Shown here: one piece after another, positions 59,461 to 64,000 of the stretch | Layout of the letters: every line of letters starts with the position of its first letter | Numbering within the stretch: the first letter of the stretch is position 1 | Assembly: GCA_965215335.1 (NCBI GenBank) | Contig: CBDCDA010000001.1 | Span: forward strand, 2,048,001-2,112,000 | DNA from: an uncultured Candidatus Entotheonella sp. | Lineage (GTDB): Bacteria; Tectomicrobia; Entotheonellia; Entotheonellales; Entotheonellaceae | Reading direction: 5' to 3' | DNA: 64,000 nucleotides | Position numbers and translations under genes: made by a program | The notes under the pieces: model-generated | Database searches by the model: none | What the model saw: the letters and a program-made list of their open reading frames with translations, nothing else | Told to the model about the DNA's origin: nothing

Positions 59461-59940
59461 CTACTCGCTGTCGAAACGCTGAATGTCCAGGATGCGCAGG
59501 TGGCGGGTGCCCGCCGGCAGGACGATATCAGCGTCATCGTCGAGTTCTTTGCCAACGAGCCCGCGGCCCAGGGCGGACAGATAGGAAATGATGTTTTGTT
59601 CCGGCACCGCGTCCGCTTCGCCCAAAAGGGTGTACGTCACCTCCTCCTTGCTTTCCAGGTCGAGGCACAACACCCGGGTGCCAATGGACACGCGCTCGCA
59701 CGAGACCGGCAAGTCCTCGATGAAACGGGGAGAGCGGAGTTGCCCTTCGAGCTCGTGAATGCGCCGCTGGACCTGCTCCAACTGCTCGCGTGCGGCGTGG
59801 TACTCGGCGTTCTCGCTGAGGTCGCCCTCACGGGCAGCGGCGTTCTTTGCCCGGCTCAGGTTCATCAGGTCCTCAGAGCGCAACTTCTGCAAATCCTCGG
59901 AGAGTCGTGCATGCGCTGCACGGGTAAAAAAATGGCTCAT
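59461..59940 (-). CDS. greA: transcription elongation factor GreA
   Basis: GDLSENAEY, IS..S.LG..L.GK. Confidence 0.95.
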   Translation of the reverse strand: MSHFFTRAAHARLSEDLQKLRSEDLMNLSRAKNAAAREGDLSENAEYHAAREQLEQVQRRIHELEGQLRSPRFIEDLPVSCERVSIGTRVLCLDLESKEEVTYTLLGEADAVPEQNIISYLSALGRGLVGKELDDDADIVLPAGTRHLRILDIQRFDSE

Positions 59941-60155
59941 AAAACGTTACGTCTCCTCACTTTGGCTGGGATTTCGTACGAAAAAAGCGCAGGCATGTCC
60001 AATTTCGCATGATCACTGCGCGGTGTCAAAGCGCCAATCGATTCTGCACGCCGGGATTTCCGGCCCGTTCCGGCGCCTTGTGCCCCCCCTATCGATCTGC
60101 TACATTGCGTCCCGGTTCCGAGAATAACCCAACAGGGCTTGTGGGTGGTACCCGA

Positions 60156-60899
60156 ATGGTCACGCGCCTTCTCCGCCGGCGCCAGGCTTCCAGGTCGGCC
60201 AGGAGTCTGATGCGCGCTGCGCTCATCGAGGCTTTGCAGTCGCCCGCCTGCGCACTCTGCCAGATCGCCCGGCAAAACAATCCGCGATACGTGGAAACCC
60301 TGCTCGATGAGGCAGTCATCGACGTTGAGCAGCGGGACGCCTGGCGGGCCGCCAAGGGCTTGTGCAATTGGCACGCCTGGATGGCCGTCAAGACGCCGCA
60401 AGGTGCTGGCAGCCTGGCCATCCTGTACCACGACGTGCTGCGGTACGACCTGTCGCGGATCGATTCCCTCACCGCCCCGGACGGCGACGGACGGCAGCGC
60501 CGGTTCAAGCGGCGCCTGCGAACCTGGCTGGATTCGTGGCAATCGGGGTCGTGTCCCACCTGCCGCACCTGGGTGGAGCAGGAACGCCTGTACGTCCAGG
60601 TGCTGCTGAACGACTGGCACGAACCCGCTTTGTCTCGAGCCTTTGCGGATTCGGTCGGCCTGTGCTGGCCGCACGTGCGGCGCTTGACGGACTGGCAGCC
60701 GGGTCATCACAACCTGCCAGACGTTCTCAAGGCGCAGCGCACCCGCCTCGAGTGCTTGCAGCGTGACCTGGAATCGTTCATTCGGAAGCTCGACTACCGC
60801 TTCGCCGATGAGCCGTATGGGCCCGAAGCGGACGCTTGGCGGCGTGCGGTATCGCTCTACGCGGGCGCCGCCGGCTGGCTGGGCAGCGCGCCACCGTAA
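60156..60899 (+). CDS. DUF6062-like protein with duplicated CxxC/LCxxH repeat
   Basis: CALC...GLCNWH; CPTC...GLCWPH; FIRK.DYRF. Confidence 0.75.
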   Translation: MVTRLLRRRQASRSARSLMRAALIEALQSPACALCQIARQNNPRYVETLLDEAVIDVEQRDAWRAAKGLCNWHAWMAVKTPQGAGSLAILYHDVLRYDLSRIDSLTAPDGDGRQRRFKRRLRTWLDSWQSGSCPTCRTWVEQERLYVQVLLNDWHEPALSRAFADSVGLCWPHVRRLTDWQPGHHNLPDVLKAQRTRLECLQRDLESFIRKLDYRFADEPYGPEADAWRRAVSLYAGAAGWLGSAPP

Positions 60900-60923
60900 C
60901 CTGACGCGAGGAGCCGCTCCAGC

Positions 60924-61748
60924 ATGCCCGAACTGCCCGAAGTGGAAACCATCCGGCGGGGTCTCAGCCAGCAACTCGTGGGACGCACGGTCAGTGCCGT
61001 CCGGGTGCGGCAGGCGAGACTCCGCCATATGGTCGACGCTCCGGTGCTGTGCGAGCACGCTGTTGGCCGCATCATCGACCGGGTGGAGCGCCGGGCCAAA
61101 TACCTGCTGATCCACTTGCAGCCCGACCGGGTCCTGCTGTTCCATCTCGGCATGAGCGGACGCCTCCGGGTCGGCGCTCCCACCGGCGAGAACGCCAAGC
61201 ACGATCACCTGATCTTTCAGATGGGGCCGGACCTGGAGATGCGGTTCCACGACCCGCGTCGGTTCGGCATGTGCCTGCCCACCAGGGTCGCCGACCTGCC
61301 GCATCACCCGCGTCTGCGCGGCCTCGGCGAGGAGCCCTTGTCGGAAGCCTTCACCAGTGGTTACCTGCAAGTGCAGGCAAAACGGTCGCGCAAGCCCGTC
61401 AAGAATTTCCTGATGGACGCCGCGGTGGTCGTCGGCATAGGCAACATCTACGCCAGTGAAAGTCTGTATCTGGCCAAGTTGCGCCCCACCCGCCCCGTGG
61501 ATCGCTTGCGTCCCGTCCACTGGGCGCGCCTGCACGGCTCGCTGCGCCAGGTGCTGCAAGCCGCTATCGACAGGCACGGCACCTCGCTGTCGGACTACGT
61601 TGACAGCAACGGCGAGCGGGGCGAGTTCCAGAACGAGTTGCTCGTGTATGGCCGCGAGGGCGAGCCGTGCACCCGCGACGGCCACCGCATCAAGCGCATC
61701 GTGCAGGCGGGGCGGAGCAGCTTTTACTGCCCGTGGTGTCAACGCTGA
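60924..61748 (+). CDS. mutM: formamidopyrimidine-DNA glycosylase
   Basis: MPELPEVE, RRAKYL, HLGMSG, GIGNIYASE, C-terminal CPWCQ. Confidence 0.97.
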   Translation: MPELPEVETIRRGLSQQLVGRTVSAVRVRQARLRHMVDAPVLCEHAVGRIIDRVERRAKYLLIHLQPDRVLLFHLGMSGRLRVGAPTGENAKHDHLIFQMGPDLEMRFHDPRRFGMCLPTRVADLPHHPRLRGLGEEPLSEAFTSGYLQVQAKRSRKPVKNFLMDAAVVVGIGNIYASESLYLAKLRPTRPVDRLRPVHWARLHGSLRQVLQAAIDRHGTSLSDYVDSNGERGEFQNELLVYGREGEPCTRDGHRIKRIVQAGRSSFYCPWCQR

Positions 61749-61854
61749 GGTCAGAGCTTCAGGAAGTGGAGGGTAAAAACGTGTCGAGACAGAACCGTGG
61801 CGAGAACTTTCCATTGGACTCAACTTTATCGCACAAGTGTGGGGATGTCTGGAA

Positions 61855-62664
61855 GTGTCATCGCTAACTGAATTTCGCAACATTGCCGAAGAAGCGGCAC
61901 AGGTCGGTGGCTGCGTTCTGATGCAGCATCGCTATCAGCCGCTCGAAATCGAGCACAAGGACCGTCAGGAAGTCGTCACCAACGTTGACCGCGAGGCCGA
62001 CGAGGCCATCTGCGGCGTCATCAAGCACCATTTCCCCGACCACGCCATCGTCAGCGAGGAATCCGGCATCAGCCGCGCCGCTTCGCCCTACACGTGGATC
62101 ATCGACCCCCTCGACGGCACCGAGTCGTACATCCGCGGCCAGAATTTCTCCGGCGTCACGGTGGCGCTGCTCAAGGGCGGCGAGACGCTCGTGGGCGTCG
62201 TCTTCCACCCCTTCCAGGACGAGCTTTACGCCGCGGTGCGCGACGGCGAAACGACGGTCAACGGGCACTCGGCGCGGGTCAGCGACATCGCCGACATCGC
62301 GCAGGCGCGCCTGATCCTCGATTATTCGCCGCGCGACGCCTTGCGGCAGCGCCTCTTTGCCGTGGAGTGGGCGCACGGCATGAAGCAGATGTTTCGCATC
62401 GGTGGCTCGGTGGCGCTGAACATGTGTCTGGTGGCCAAGGGAGCGGCGGAAGGTTACGTCTACGGTCGCCGCCGCAATCGCGTCAAGACCTGGGACGTGG
62501 CCGCCGCGGCGCTCCTGGTGCAGGGCGCCGGCGGCTGCGTGCTGGACCGCCTCGGACACCCGCTGGATGCCAACCAGCCGCAGGGCTACCTGCTGTGCCA
62601 CAACCGGCGGCTCGACGTGCCCGGCCTGTTCGGCGGTCACGAGCCCTCGGAGCAGACCGCCTAA
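61855..62664 (+). CDS. inositol monophosphatase family protein
   Basis: SEE, WIIDPLDGT, WDVAAA. Confidence 0.93.
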   Translation: MSSLTEFRNIAEEAAQVGGCVLMQHRYQPLEIEHKDRQEVVTNVDREADEAICGVIKHHFPDHAIVSEESGISRAASPYTWIIDPLDGTESYIRGQNFSGVTVALLKGGETLVGVVFHPFQDELYAAVRDGETTVNGHSARVSDIADIAQARLILDYSPRDALRQRLFAVEWAHGMKQMFRIGGSVALNMCLVAKGAAEGYVYGRRRNRVKTWDVAAAALLVQGAGGCVLDRLGHPLDANQPQGYLLCHNRRLDVPGLFGGHEPSEQTA

Positions 62665-63314
62665 TGGTCGCTCCGGCGCTGCCTCTGCAGGTATTCCAGG
62701 CTTTTTTGATACCACGCTTCGGGGATTTTCCGGCTCTCGCCGAGGTAATGCAGGACGGATTCCAGCGTCAGGATCGAAACCAGGTTGACCCCAAGGTGTT
62801 TCAGGCGTGCCTGGCCGCCCTCCTGACGATCGATCAGGACCAGCGCGTCGCGTACCGGCAAGCCCTCCTGCTGCAGGGTCTCGGTAGTGTGCGCAATGCT
62901 GCGGCCGCCCGTCACCAGGTCGTCGAGGATGAGCACGCGCTGCCCGACTTCGTAGACGCCTTCGATGATACCGGCTTGGCCATTGTGGGTGGGTTTGAGG
63001 TAGATCAGCGGCGTCCCGGAAATCAGCGAGAACGCCGTGGCCAGGTGGAGGCCGCCGAGGGGAATGCCGGCGACGAGATCGTAGGGCGCCAAGTGCGGAT
63101 GCCGCATGGCCTGGAGGGTTTGCACCTCTGCCAGCATGAGCTCGGCAGCATGCCGCAGCGCCTCCGGGTTGCTGATCAGCCGGCGCAGATTGACGTACAC
63201 CGGCGAGTTCACGACGGTTTCCCCGAGGGAAAAGTCGCCAAATTGCACGCCGCCGAGATTCCAAAGTTCCTCGGCCAGCCACAAGCTGGCTACCCGCTCG
63301 TCTCCTGAGGCCAT
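62661..63314 (-). CDS. pyrE: orotate phosphoribosyltransferase-like protein
   Basis: FGDF.L, SP.Y.NLR, PRPP motif VLILDDLVTGG.S, LIDR..G. Confidence 0.8.
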   Translation of the reverse strand: MASGDERVASLWLAEELWNLGGVQFGDFSLGETVVNSPVYVNLRRLISNPEALRHAAELMLAEVQTLQAMRHPHLAPYDLVAGIPLGGLHLATAFSLISGTPLIYLKPTHNGQAGIIEGVYEVGQRVLILDDLVTGGRSIAHTTETLQQEGLPVRDALVLIDRQEGGQARLKHLGVNLVSILTLESVLHYLGESRKIPEAWYQKSLEYLQRQRRSDH

Positions 63315-63404
63315 CTGGCACGGTCCTTTCGCTGTGAGGATATTCCGGTGCGGAGGGATCACTCTTACCACAGGTAGACCGACCGTTCAATGGAGGACGC
63401 AACC

Positions 63405-64000
<596 letters not shown>

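Overview
GC-rich bacterial chromosomal segment with about 55 intact genes. These include housekeeping and envelope genes (complete tolQRAB-pal-cpoB operon, panC, dapF, ltaE, greA, cinA, mutM, pyrE-like, dus, sspB, orphan nuoB) and many catabolic or redox enzymes (3 SDRs, 2 LLM oxidoreductases, acyl-CoA dehydrogenase, class III aminotransferase, TRAP transporter, PQQ dehydrogenase). No rRNA, tRNA or CRISPR array was recognised. Between the intact genes lie many decayed accessory fragments: NYN-domain and DNA-methylase stubs, a broken Phd/RelE-type TA pair, a NucS-like nuclease with an in-frame stop, a frameshifted IS5 plus a mini-derivative, MFS and molybdopterin-oxidoreductase pseudogenes, and a deletion-riddled DUF499/DUF1156 restriction-like defence locus. 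Best leads: (i) an operon coupling an exported metallo-lactonase to a Gld-type ABC system with His-rich inserts; (ii) a DUF499-DUF1156 locus whose downstream partner looks like a type IIG-like methylase rather than the usual PLD-helicase; (iii) a probably lanthanide-dependent PQQ dehydrogenase whose promoter carries an IS-derived mini-element and a C11 tract; (iv) a GCAG-type REP family overlapping gene ends. All family assignments come from motif recognition by eye; no database search was run.
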